Of a DNA stretch of 64,000 nt, positions 1 to 13,350 are shown in pieces. Source of the DNA: Eledone cirrhosa (taxonomy: Eukaryota); assembly GCA_964016885.1 (NCBI GenBank), contig OZ024741.1, positions 233,368,001 to 233,432,000 of the forward strand, given 5' to 3'. Under the pieces are notes generated by a model. The model made no database searches and had not been told where the DNA came from. It saw only the letters and a list, made by a program, of their open reading frames with translations. Position 1 is the stretch's first letter; each line of letters begins with the position of its first letter. A program made the translations under genes and the position numbers.

Positions 1-1574
1 TCTCCAACAAATCAACTTCTGCATGTATGTTTGTGTTTGTGAGAGAGAGAGAAACATACATACATAATAACACTTTACTGCAAAAAAGTGATTGTTTTGT
101 TTAATCTCCTGTGTGGTGTTCTAGCATGGCCTTACCCATGATGGCTAAAAACAACTAAGGAACTGAATGACCACATATTACTGGTACACAATTTTATTTA
201 CTAATTTGAAGCCATGTTTCTTTTCTTTCACAAATTTACATGTTTTATACATCTTATACCTAGTCATAGTATATTCACCAGAGCTGAGTGCTCAACATAG
301 ACTGAAAGAGTTCCCTGATCTCTGCCCATCTGAGAATACAAACCTCACACCTTCATTTAGGTGCCTGCAGCTATCTCATACACTAGAAAACAACTGTGTC
401 ACACTAATTCTGCCTGAGAATTACATTAAAAGTACATATGTCTATGGAATATTCAGCCACTTACATGCTAATTTAATGAGCAGGCCATTCCATTGATTGA
501 ACAACTGGATACTCATTTGTTGAAGCTGACAGAGGATCTATCATCATCTTTCTTTCTCTACCTCTAGCTATTTAATTATGAAGGTTGGATTGTATCTTTT
601 TGTTTGCCAAGCAGACTGAGGTTAGCACAGTGATGTATCTTGTCCATAGATACAACACAATGTTTCAAGCTCTTCATGTTGTCACTAGTTTACCTAATTA
701 ACTTCACTGTTATTCAGCCCTGTTTTTTTTTTCTATCAGTTAGTTAGAAGGAAGGTCAGTGAGTTTTATCATTTTAAGGATTTATAACTGGTAAGAAGAT
801 GAGAAGGTGCCCTCAAACTATACATGCATACACACATATATCTGACTTGTCTAGCCTCAGAACATGAGAATCTGTTTAATTCATGCAAGCATGTAAAATA
901 GATGTAAAACAGTGATGATAATGCATATCTAAACTATAATAAAGTAAGGAGCGCGGGACTGCGTACGGTTTATAATTTTTTTATCCCATTAGTAAAATAA
1001 GTTGGACTACTTTGAATAAATAATGAATGAATATTACATAATTTATCTACTAAATTTCGTGGCTGTTGATTAAATATATTTTATTGTTTATTTTAAGATT
1101 CACTTCTTTAAAATTTTCAAATGTCAACACTTCCGGTTAGCAATCACTTAAATAAATATTCATATATTTCTATAACTAATTTTCTCCTAATGCAGTTTAT
1201 ATATAATATCGTCTTTTTTTAATGTATCATGGATTACGTTACTGGTTACATAAGAGAGTGTAACACAGTCTTCGTTCAATTTCTGTGTATATTGTCAATT
1301 ACGATTTTATTTGATCATATCTACATGCATATATACTTGCGTATAATATCAATATACACACTACACATGCTAGCAGAAAACCAACCAAGGGTGGTTTTTC
1401 TGCTGGTATAATATAATCATCATTATCATCATCACTGTTTAATGTCCATTTTTCCATGCTTGCATGGGTCAGCTGGGTCGCCGAGAAAGTGCCATGTAGA
1501 AAGATAGAACCCAAAGCCACATGATTGTGAAACAAACTTCTTAACCACATAACCATGCCGTTTTCCTTTTTCAT

Positions 1575-1896
1575 CTTTGCCCACTTATTCCTATGAGGGT
1601 TTTGGGGACAGTGTCCTCAGACACGCCTTCCAGAGGGTCCTATCAGAAGCTCCAATTGATTCAGCTGGATCACCAAGCAAGATCATCCAAGCTCAGCGAT
1701 CTTATCCAACCATCTTGTTCATGATTTACTTCTGGGTCTCCTACCAGTTGACTTTGCCCATAAAATCTGTCCAGTGATTTAAAGCACAGCCATGCCAGCT
1801 GGACAGATTTGCACTTTGTGTATTGTTAATGTTCAGCTGGCATGGCTGTGCTTTAAATCACTGGACAGATTTTATGGGCAAAGTCAACTGGTAGGA
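1575..1896 (-). mobile_element. RTE-like LINE 3' fragment with an inverted duplication
   Basis: The minus strand reads QILWAKSTGRRPR...TRWLDKI, typical of an RTE C-terminus; perfect 63-bp inverted repeat 1739-1801 / 1834-1896. Confidence 0.55.
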
Positions 1897-1902
1897 TATA
1901 TG

Positions 1903-2878
1903 ATTAATGTCTGTTCAGGTTTGTATAGGATGAACATTTGTCCACATCTGTATAGGATTAACATCTATTCAGATCTGTATGGAATTAACATCTGTCCAGA
2001 TCTATAGGGGGTTCATTTCTGTCAAGATCTATATAGAGTTAACATCTGTCAAGATCTGTGTCGTGTTAATGCTTATTTAGATCTGTAGAGAGTTAACATC
2101 TACATATGTATATATAGGTCTGAAGAGTTTTTGATTCCAGAGTCGGGCCTGATCGATACAGATCGAACCTTGAGCTGATCAATAGCAAAACGCGCATCAC
2201 CAATCAATAAACGTAATGAAGGCTTAACAAATTGTCCTTGTATATTTACACTCTGTTTAACTCTAAACCTCGCTACAAATGGGAACCTAAACATCGAGTG
2301 ATCATCTGGGTGAACCTACAGTAACTCCACATTACACTCCCTGGATAATATATATATATATATATATAATTGTTTCTACTTTTGGCACAAGGCCAGCAAT
2401 TACCCAGTGTATTACTGGTACTTTATTTTATCGACCCCATAAGGATGAAAGGCAAAGTTAACCTCGGCGGGATTTGAACTCAGAATGGCAAGGGCCATAT
2501 ATAATGTATAATAAACAATACAATATAATTACCTCATTACCAGAGGTTTCCCAAATAAGACGAATACGAAAAACGTCCTCATTCGTTCGTCGGACAAGGC
2601 AAATTTTGCTCTGGTACTTACAGAGAGCACTCTTCACTCCTATGACTTTTTCAATTTTCAACGGAAACTTCAATACTTATATATATATATATATATATGT
2701 AGGGAAAAGAAATTTAAATGCAACTTGAGTCTTTTAAGAATATTTATTTAAGTAAATAAATAAATATTCTTAAAAGATTCCAGTTGCATTTTCAATTTCT
2801 TTTCCTCATACTTTCACCCGTATAGGACATCTTGTTTTTTTCTTTTGTTTTTTTTTATTAAAAAAACCCTCATTTTCT

Positions 2879-2910
<32 letters not shown>

Positions 2911-3035
2911 GTTAACACCTGTCAAGATCTAAATAGTGTTAATGTCTGTTCAGACCTGTATAGAATTAACGTTTATCCAGATCTGTAAAGAATTAACATA
3001 TGTCCAGATCTGTAAAGGCTTAATGTCTATTTAGG
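1903..3035. repeat. Degenerate 30-bp minisatellite (1903-2100 and 2911-3035) split by insertions
   Basis: TTAACATCTGTCCAGATCTGTATAGGA-like units on both sides of a hammerhead element, a SINE and a hairpin. Confidence 0.8.
2117..2201 (+). ncRNA. Degenerate hammerhead related to 4984-5077
   Basis: GGT CTGAAGA ...TTGAT..ATCAA.. AAAA CGCGC ATC ACC, then AATAAA; G12 is mutated. Shares CAGAGTC.G...GATC...CCTTGA.CTGATCA with the 4984 copy. Confidence 0.5.
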
Positions 3036-4375
3036 TTTAATGGCAATATATTCTCATTGAGAAATATTTTGCAGTTTTAGACGTTCTAAGTGGTTGTTTG
3101 GCTTGCTATAAATATCATTGAAATATCCACCATCTTAAACAGGAAAATACACATTTGATAATGTAGTTTTAGAAATCTTTAAACTGATGAGATGATCACT
3201 ATAGGAATGCTTTTGAACATAGGTTTTTTTTCAATCACAGTTGATTTAGGGCTAGTGAGCTTCATAGTCAAGTAACAGGAGTACTGCCTAGTGCATGAAA
3301 GTATAAACATGGAACAGAGGAGTATGATGAAGGAATATGTTTAGTTAAGGAGGGAAAGAACTGTGCCCCTATTTCTATTCACTGTTTAGTCAGGAAGGGA
3401 AAGACCTATGCAAACGTCCGTTTTCAAATGAGAGGAAGGTATTCTTGAACCATAGACCTGATCTGAATACTTGCAATAGAGTGGACTCTGTTAACGTCCC
3501 TCAAGAGCCTGCTACTGGTGTTATACTGGGCAATGGATTAAGTCTACAACCAAAGTAGGATTTGAACTGACAACACAATAGGCCAGAACAAATACCACAA
3601 TCTATCTCATCCAATGCTCTAATGATTCTGTCCAGCCACAGCTAAAGTCTGATATTTTGATTTGTTAACCCTGGAAAGGATGAAAGGGATAGTTGACCAT
3701 GGCAGGATTTGAATTCAGAGCGCTATAGAACAAATATTGCAAAGCATCATTCCCTACACTTTGCACTGAAACCATGACCTCCAGTGGTCAACTGGTGAGA
3801 AGAGACTGTATTGCATCCATTTTTTCCATTGCCTTCGTCAACCACATTTGATTCGTTGTATGATCTTAGCCATGCTGGACACTTTCAAATTAATATATAT
3901 AATATATATATTTAAGTTGTATCCTATATAACACACATGATTATGGTGAGATAATCTAGGTAAGTGTATGTGTGTGTATATATATATATAGCTGTTGTAA
4001 GGTTGCAATAAATGCGTCCATAGGCGGTATGCCGTTTGAGTACTCGATGCTCACGCGGAGCAGAGTATATTATTATAGACAACAAGGCATCAGTGATGCA
4101 TTAAAACACAATTTATTAACATATTACATATGTTTCTCCGACGATCAGCTCAAGGCAGGATCTATTATAGATCGAACCTGACTCTGCATTTGTGTGTGTA
4201 TGTATGTGTGCATACATGTGTGTGTATATATGGATGTATGCAAGTGTGTGTATCTATATGCATGTATGTGTGTCTGTATGTGCGTGTGTGAGTATATATA
4301 CATATGTGTGTGTGTATGTTTATACATATACATGTGTATGTATGTATGTACGCATGCATATATGTGTTTGTCTGT

Positions 4376-4724
4376 GGAGGCACATGGCTTAGTGGTTAGA
4401 GCATTGGCCTTGCAATCGAAAGGTTGTGAGTTCAATTCTCAGACCGGGTGATGTGTTGTTTCCTTGAGCAAGACACTTTATTTCACATTGCTCCAGTTTA
4501 CTCAGCTGTAGAAATGAGATGATAGGGACTGGGGTCCCTATCATTCCACTGCAAAGTGGTTGTGTAGGTGCCACGACAAAAAAGCACCCAGCACTCACTG
4601 TAAATGAGGTTGGTGTTAGGAAGGGCATCCGGCTGTAGAAATCAAGCCAGTATCAGTTCCCGTCCCACCCTTGCAAGCAGGGAAAAAGCGGACGTGAAAT
4701 GAAATGATGAATGATGATGATGAT
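4376..4724 (+). mobile_element. tRNA-derived SINE family A with RTE-type 3' tail
   Basis: A box TGGCTTAGTGG, B box GAGTTCAATTC; tail GCAAGCAGGGAAAA..GGACGT.AAATGATGATG shared with RTE LINEs. Confidence 0.88.
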
Positions 4725-4983
4725 GTGTATGAGTAGACTTGCACTATGGCAGATACTTTTACATGCCTGCACCAGCATAGTAGTAGTTTGCTCACCAAGT
4801 TCGAGTGATGGACAGGTCACGCGTGAATGAATGCAGCCAGTGGTCACATTTGACTGTTCAAGGAAGGAGGTGATGCCTCAAATTCTTAGCCAATGAGTAG
4901 GCCACATAAACAGGATGATGTCAATTGCTGGGGATGAAATGGACCGAATATTGTCAGTTGGAAGAAATGCGTTGAAAACAATA

Positions 4984-5077
4984 AACATATCTGAGGACCT
5001 TGTGAATGCAGAGTCAGGTTCAATCTATAATAGATCCTGCCTTGAACTGATCATCGGAGAAACATATGTAATATGTT
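4984..5077 (+). ncRNA. Type I hammerhead ribozyme with extended stem II
   Basis: Stem I AACATAT/ATATGTT; CTGAGGA; long stem II region with an inner TCAGGTTCAA/TTGAACTGA hairpin; GAAAC-ATAT-GTA (GUA triplet, after 5070); AATAAA follows. Confidence 0.75.
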
Positions 5078-5119
5078 AATAAATTGTGTTTTAATGCTTC
5101 ACTAATTCCTCGTTATCTA

Positions 5120-5161
<42 letters not shown>

Positions 5162-5315
5162 AAAAATTGAACAGGGACAGAACAGAGAGGCAGTACGACA
5201 AATGTTTATTAGATTATATATATATATATATATTGCTCTACGGTTCTTATATATTTGATATATATTTATCCTTATCGAGGCCTCTTTGGATTTTAGTCTT
5301 CAAATTTATTATTAT

Positions 5316-5350
<35 letters not shown>

Positions 5351-5530
5351 TGGATGAATACCTCAACAGGTACAATGTACTTGTAGAAATATGCAAGTTG
5401 TTTATAATATTTGTGGTTCAATGGTACTAATTCGAGATGCCAGAACAATATAAAAAGTAGCGGAGCAAGCGGTTATCAAACAATTCTCTAAATAAATTAA
5501 AAAACGATTTAAATAATCACCTGTTCCATT

Positions 5531-5611
5531 GCTGTTACCGACGGTTTCATCATTCCAAAAGATTGGAAATCCAGAGAATTTCCAATGGAAAGAAATGAAT
5601 CTTCAGACAGC
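5531..5611 (-). ncRNA. Type I hammerhead ribozyme
   Basis: On the minus strand: GCTGT CTGAAGA T-TCATT...AATGA-T GAAAC CGTCG GTA ACAGC. Stem I 5 bp; nested ATTGGAAAT/ATTTCCAAT hairpin in stem II; GUA triplet. Confidence 0.8.
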
Positions 5612-5761
5612 TTATTTCCACACCATAAGGTTGCAAGCCCTATAGTAAGTAAATATTTCGCTTCCTTGCCCAACACATGCGGTCAAGCCGTTAAAATGAC
5701 ACACACGCAAAATCAGGTCGCTGATAATAGCTGTATATTTTTATATATATATATATATGTA

Positions 5762-5820
<59 letters not shown>

Positions 5821-5825
5821 GTATA

Positions 5826-6008
5826 CAGGTAAATTTTGTTATAACAAATACCATTATAAAAAAGTTTTCAGTATAATGAAATATTTTCAATCCCCAAAGT
5901 AATAACAAACAAACGCTCAATTTGTTTTGGTCGATCTCGTTATAAAGAATTTTTCGTTACAATGGATTTTTTTTTTATACCCCGTGAATTTTGTTATAAC
6001 AGAATTCC

Positions 6009-6012
<4 letters not shown>
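5826..6012. mobile_element. Tc1/pogo-type MITE
   Basis: Imperfect TIRs CAGGTAAATTTTGTTATAAC / GTTATAACAGAATTCCATTG within a (TA)n tract. Confidence 0.55.
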
Positions 6013-6059
<47 letters not shown>

Positions 6060-7351
6060 ATCATCATCATTTGATATCCATTCCCTTGCTAGCAAGGGCT
6101 GGTTGGGTTGTTACAGATGGGTCAGTACTCAAGTAGAGCTACTGAGCACTCAAATAAGTCATGTAACCATATTTCGCCCACCTTCTCGAACTCTATCAGG
6201 TGCATTTTATCATGGTACCAGCACTAGGGTAGTTGTCATGTCTTTGATACAACTGGAGAATCCTCCCAAATCTTTATTTGGCAAGTTTTCTACATTCGAT
6301 GACCTTCCTATCTACTTCATAGCATGTACTGGGTGTGTTTATCATGTAGATCACCAACCCTAAAGAGGTTCTCATGTCTATAACACAACTTAAAAGTCCT
6401 TCTGATACTTTGTTTGGCAAGTTTTCTATATTTGTATGAACATGTAACATGTAAGTGTTGGTGTATTTATGGATGTATACATAAATATGCAAGAAAGAAC
6501 TAGTGATAAAGGGTTACACATGCATACACTCACACACACATACATGGCCTTACACATACATGGCATCATACATACATGCACTCTCACATACATATACACA
6601 CACACACATGCACACAATCCCATATGGACACCCTCACACATACACATACATGCATATATACACACTCATAGACAAGCACGTTAGTGTTTTAATTGGTGTG
6701 TGGTGGTGTGGGTGATGTTCAAGTTTAGGGGATTTGAAAATAGTTTCTGAAAGCTGGAATGATCAGTAGAATTGTGCTAATGTTGGTGAGGAATTGTTCC
6801 ACACCTACCCCCTTCTTTCTATTTATCTCTCCTATGACCCCTTATCTGTAATCATTGCCATATGCCCTCTCCCCTCCCTGGCTTGTTTTTATTCCACCCA
6901 AAGTCAAGGTCAGTCCTGGAGTAGACATGATCAGTCATTCCATCTTATGTTGTTGTTTTTGTCCAAAGTTTATCTGGGACTACATTAGCCAATGCTGTTT
7001 CTTTTTTAAAACCATAAAATATGACATGAGAGAAATTTAGCTTCTGTTTCTAGGAAGATGAGCAAACCTCTTCGAAGGAACTTCATTGGTTTGTGTCATC
7101 ACTTTTGGGATACATGAAGCTATATGTAAGGTAAATGTAAACTATGGTGCTGATGATGCTTGTAATTTGGAAGGGGTTAAGTAAAATATAGTAGTAGTGT
7201 TTGAGGAGGAGGATGAGGAAGAAGAGATGTGATTCAAACAAGAGGTGCATTGTGAATGACGCATTGGTTACGTTAGCTGCGCAGTAACATGTCAGTACCA
7301 TCTGCTTTACTATTCTCACCACAACACAGCCTACAGCGACTACCACCAGCC

Positions 7352-7386
<35 letters not shown>

Positions 7387-10300
7387 CAAATATAAATATA
7401 AATATATATATATATATAAATTAATTTAAATAAATAGTGTTCAGACATGCTATATTGGTTATTTTGTGTGTTGGGCATTGACTTCACTGTTTCTGCCACA
7501 CACCATCACTACCCGGACATCAGCTTCATTATAATAGACACCAGCATCATTATCATTGTCAACACTAGCTATAACAGTTGTACCACTAACAGTTTAACCA
7601 CCAACACCAGCACCACATCCGATACTATTAATTCTACTTACCCCGGACCAATATAAATAGTATCTCTAGTCCCTTATTTCTAAGACCACTATCAGAATCA
7701 CTGCTTCTCTTAACACCACACCCAACACCACTACTAACACTACTAAAACTACAGTAACACAACCAATACCATCACCATCAACTCTATCATCTAAAGAACA
7801 CCACAACCACCACCACCTCTATTGACAAGCAGTCTACCAAATATCGATCTCTCAATAGTGTCAAATCATAGAAGCAACATAGAAAAAAACAATGGTTCCT
7901 GTGTTGGTATATTTATCTTTTGTTAGAGCTCTCTCCCTCTCTCATTCTTACTCTCTCTCTCTCTCTCTCTCACACACACTCACTCTCTCTCACTCACTCA
8001 CTCACTCACATCTCTCACTCTCATTCACTCTCTTTCTCTCCAGTGAAATAGACTGGTGGACAAACAAAAAGGCAAGCAGACACACAGACAAACACACAAA
8101 CTGACAGGCACAGACAGGCTAATATAAACAACATTGGACCTTGTTACACATTTCCATTTGTAAGGTTTTCTTAGTGATTAGGTCAATTTTGTAGAGGGGC
8201 ATGTTATTATTTTTGTTGTTTAACCCAAGTTCAACCTTCATTGAGCAGACCTATGATCAAGAAATATTTCCAATCATCTATTAAACAGTTGATCAGGAAC
8301 ATCATTCCACAGTCTATTAAACTCTGGATTAATTATACCCCTTCCCTGTCTACCAAACTGTGGATCAGCAACACCCCTTTCCAGTCCATGAAACAGAGGA
8401 TCAACAGTATCCCAGTCCATATATCACCCTCCATTAAACAGTGTTGATGCTATAAATTTGTAAGATAGCTTTCTTTTGTTTACTGCTATCTTCTGCATTA
8501 TGTAGTAGCTAGTTTAATTGTCTCATCTGTAGATATTCTTGATAGGATTGAATGGAGTGACTACAGTTGGTGGCATATTTTTAGGTAAGTAACTGTTAAT
8601 GTGGGAGATGGTTGCTGTTGTTTAGCCCCAGGTCAGCTTTCATTAAATAGACCTATAATCAAAGGTCTTCCTGTCATAACTACTCTGTCTTTTTATATAT
8701 TTACATTGTCCAGTGTGTCCTTTCGTTTTCAGTATCAGGATGCTACAGTGTGATTTAGAGATTATCCTTTTATTTCAAGTTGACTGATATTTCTAAACAA
8801 GTTGGCTTTCTTATTGGCTGAAAATGAGTTATAGTTGTATTGCTACTACTATGTCTACTTGAAACTGCTCATGGTCCTACAATACAAAGTTGTTTGTTTT
8901 AAAGTGTTTATACTCATCTAAAAACATTCCATCATCATTTTATATATGAACCTTTAAGATTTGCTCCAAATACCAACTTGATAATTAGAAAGTTAAATCC
9001 CTTCAAATTCTTTATTATTTTCAAAGTGATTTGTAAATCATATGCAGTGTCTTTCATTAGAAATATGGTAACAAAAGTGTTAAGAACATGCCTTTCTAAA
9101 ATTGATGGGGGTTTGTTGGGGGACATTGTCTGCTACACCAAATGGCTGGTTATATGAAACAAAGCTTTGAAAGGTTTTATATTTAAATTTAAATTTTCAA
9201 ACATATTTCTGTACAAGAGCTATATGTTAAGTTACTATATTTGGGATGAAATAATAATAATAATTTTAGTAAATCCCTCAATATTTTTCATTGGTTAATT
9301 GAAATAGTTTATTTGATTAGCAATATGGTCGTGGAAGGGTTAATCAATACCATTTGCAGTAAATGAGAGGAGGCAAATGGTAAAAACAAACACCTGGCAA
9401 GAAAACTGAAAAGTTTGCTAACTACTAGTGAGTAGAAGCCCCCTACACACATATGCACACACACCAACTCTGTATGTATGTGTGTATGACGTGGAGGTAG
9501 GTGGCTGTGGCTTTGAGCCCAGCAGATGGCTTGAAACCAGTTTGCAAAGAAAGCCATAAATACAATACTACTATAATTTAATCATCGTGATGATGATAAT
9601 GATGGTGATAGTAGTGATTGCAGTGAGTGGGAGTGTTTGATGGTGGTGGTGGTGGTGGTGACGATGGGGGTGATGGTGATTACGATGGTTCTTAAGTACC
9701 ATTCTGCTGTCCGCCGGGGCTGTGGGGAGGCCAGCACGTGGTACCCCATTTGCTCACCATACAGAGAGATGGGGAAGGCGAGAGAGATGGAGCGATGACA
9801 ATGGGAGTTCGGCTCTTCCACGTTCATTATCTATGGGATAGCTGGTATGTCTATCATAGATAACTTTTCCATGTGGTCCAAATATAAGTGCTTACTCTCT
9901 ACTACCTTATTGTGTACCATATTTGTATAAATTTCTGTTATCTACTGAGAAAAATGTTTTTCGTTTGTTTGTTTTTTTTCTCTTCTGCATGGTAATGTTG
10001 TTGGTTTCTAGCCCTAGGCCAATTCTGATCAGTCAGATCTGTGATAAAAGTCATTCCAGCTCTGAACTATCTCATCTCTTTAGAGAAGTGTCGTTTATCT
10101 ATTATTCAAGGCAGTAGAACGGGATTTAAGAGATGTTTGGCTGCTGTTTCTAACATGTTGAATGACTACGTAGTCTACCTCATTAGTTCGGTGTTTCTAA
10201 GAATACATTATCCAATGTACCCTACTTTTTTTTTCTAAGCCAGTTGGATGTGCTTTGTCGAAGCTTCCAATTGAAACAAACTCTACTCTAACTCTAAATC

Positions 10301-12699
10301 CCACATTAGCTCTTGCGGGCGAGCCCGTCGCCTAGAAGGGTCACTTGGTGTCACTGTCCCTACTAATTTAAATGGTGCACACTCAGATTTAGAAAATAGA
10401 GTATTTAAACACTTCCTGAAATACGTTTCTTATTAAAGTTGCACCGACCCAGAATGATAGCTATAATGAAACTATTAATAACGAACCCAGTATATCTAGG
10501 ACTACATTATCTAATGTGTATTTCCTATCAAGTTTATTTTTAAATATAGAACTTTGGCTGCTATTTGTAGCGGCCCAAGCGACTTCATCCAAGTTCCTTA
10601 CCGTAGACAAACAAAGCTTGGTGCCTGCTTGCGGGATAATAACGATGAGGTGCCGACTCGGCTGCTATTTCTAACATCGAGCGATTACATAGAAGCCCCC
10701 CCCCCCCCTCCTCATTGGCTATCGTACTCCTCAGTATTTAGATATGCGACCAGTATTTTACTGAAGAACTAACTTGAGAAACACAGATAAAAAATAAACT
10801 TCAGTTTAGTTTTTGGTGGTGGGAGTAGAGAACGTGTTAGTGCCGGTGTATTCTACTTCTCTCTATCTCCTAACATTATACATTATATATATATATGTAT
10901 GTATGTATATATCAGTTCTAGATTTACTATGGGGTTGTTGCTGTTTTGTTTACCGTACATGGCTTCTAACTTTTTCACTGACTCACTGACTGACATTCCT
11001 CCCAACACCTCCCATTTCTATGTTAATACACTCTACTACCCACGCTCTCTCTCTCTTTCTCTCTCTGTAATTATCTGTATTGGGTAGGATGGGGGGCGAG
11101 GACAGGTGCCTTACGTAGGCATATGGCTTTAGGTTTTATTTTACGTGGTTGTGTAAGGTTCATGCCTTTCCCACAGACTGGTCGTATTGTTGTTTGTCTA
11201 CTGTAAGGAATTAGTATGTAGACGTTTGACTCGCTACAAATTGCAGCCAAAGCTCCTTCGAATCATTTCTTACTATCTTTAGAAATAAAGTTGGTAGGAA
11301 AGACTCATTAGATAATGTATTCCTAGATATACTGGGTTTCGTCATAATTGGCTAAACATATAGAACTGTTGAATCATAGCTGTCTAAAGTTTAAAGTCTG
11401 TCTCAAGCCCGGCGGCGCGTTGTGTTCTTGGGCAAGCAAGACACTTTATTTCGCGTTGCTGCAGTCCAGTTTCCATAGAAACCACAGGAGACGATCAACG
11501 ATTCGGGGGGGGGGGGGGAATAAGTTACGGGAGATAAGACACGGAGGAGACATGGTCTAGGTCTAACGTGGAATAAAAACAATTGAAAGGCATTCTATGG
11601 TGAACATTTCCTGGCAACGGCGAGCTGCTCTGCTAGTATATCATTTCACATATAAACATTTAAAAAGGCTCAAGGCCAACAAAAAAACATCAGTATCACC
11701 CACCCCCATTACCAACCCCTCCTCTCGTGTCACCTGGCTCTCATCCTTGATATCCCTCTTAGGATATCTGCATTAAAACCAAACAGGCTAGGATTCTGTT
11801 CTATTGACTTACTGTAAAATCCATGCCCTCTGTGCAGGTGAGTAAGTACCTCTTCGTTATGGATGTCCAGATTTTTATTTGCCTTTTGTCACCCCTTGTA
11901 TGATATCTTGGTGTGCAATCAACAGCACCCATTCAATAGCATCTTAGCGTGTGGTCAATCACTGGAAACTACCTCTTCAATAATATACTGGAGTGCAATC
12001 ACTTCACTTAACATCAGCCCTTCAAAAGTGTCCTGGTGTCCGTTCAGTCATTCAACATCACTCATTAACATGATGAATTTCACTCATTTTAACTTCATCT
12101 GGTTTACAGAGAGAGAGAGATTTAAAAAAGGAGAGATCATCATCATGTTACCCCCACTTTCCCATGCTTGCATAGGTTGGATGGGTGTTTTCCAGTACAG
12201 CATCCCTCCATTCGTTGTGTTCCTTTGTCATCTGCTCTTGAGATTCGGTGATTTAAGATCAGTTCTTACCACCTCTACTCGGGTTTCCATTGGTCTTCCT
12301 CTATTGCAGCTACGTTCCATTAGGATTTCTTTACCAAACGGATAAAGGCGGGTGCGTTTGTAGATATATTATAAATAAATTTACATGTCTGTCCAACTCA
12401 TAAAAGGCTGATGGTTATCATGATAACTAAACTTACATTTAACCTAGTTGTGTAAATAGAATCTGTATTTAAAACATGTGACTTTTTCTCCTCTCCCCTG
12501 TTTTCTCGTTCCCTCCTGCTATGCCTGTCTCCATATACAAAATCCAGGCCCATGCAATTCTAGTAATAGACTCAGGCCAGATATGAAATATAGGCTCCAT
12601 TAAACACTTCTTAAGTATTTTAGCAATCAGTACTAAATACATATGTATGTGTGTATGATAAATCCAGATATATACACGTGTATAATGTATTTACGAGCG

Positions 12700-13120
12700 A
12701 AGCGTAAATTGTATGATGCTTGCCTGGAGTTATGTTTCATGGCAGCAAGACAAGGGCGGTAATTGCTGAGGATATACAGACTGGAGAGAAATGAAGCAAG
12801 ATGCTCCTTTGGATGTGCACTGTTAGTGTTCATGATCGACGGAGTGTGGATGAACTGAGAAAAGCTGGATATAAGAGAAATCAGATGTGGTTTGGACACG
12901 TGCTTCGTATGGATAGGGAATAATGGGTGAAGAAGTGCTAGGTGATACCAATAAAGCTACAGAAGAAGACCTGAGAAAAACCTGGGTAGGGGTAGTTAAA
13001 ATTCATCTCAAAACGTTGACCCCCATAGAGATGACGAAGGAATGTTAGTAGTGGAAGAGGTGGCTGTGCTGAAAAGGACGCGAACAACCCATGTATGGAA
13101 CAGCAAACGTAAAATGATGT
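12700..13120 (+). mobile_element. Decayed RTE 3' fragment
   Basis: RLERNEARC..WMC...FGHVLRMD motifs; AAAATGATG tail. Confidence 0.7.
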
Positions 13121-13183
13121 TCCCTAATATCTACTTATAAGTCAAGATTACACTACATGTAAATAAACATTCACCACAAAAGG

Positions 13184-13350
13184 CGGTGGTTCCCAAAGTG
13201 GGTTCCGTAAAGGGGTGTCTAGGGTACCCTGAAAAAAGGTAGAGGAGTATATTTAAATTGTGACTATATAACAGTATTAGACTTTGGGGTTCTCCAAAAA
13301 GTTTCTGGACCAAAAAGGGTTCCGCGTTTGAAAAGGTTTGGGAAACCCTG
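13184..13350. mobile_element. hAT-like MITE
   Basis: Ends CGGTGGTTCCCAAAGT / AGGTTTGGGAAACCCTG resemble hAT (Charlie/MER20-type) termini. Confidence 0.5.

Larger units (their letters stand above)
3990..5120. mobile_element. Penelope-like fold-back element interrupted by a microsatellite and a SINE
   Basis: Inverted arms 4075-4190 and 5005-5120; left tail 3990-4075; (TA)n on both sides. Confidence 0.65.

Noticed and set aside
4376-4450. tRNA gene
   Set aside because: The A and B boxes belong to a multi-copy SINE head that runs straight into the SINE body; no proper acceptor stem or terminator.
12405-12450. Hammerhead-like AGG CTGATG GTTATCATGATAAC TAAAC
   Set aside because: A9 and G12 are both missing; too degenerate to call. 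The same applies to about 1040-1150, 2530-2640 and 44343-44385.
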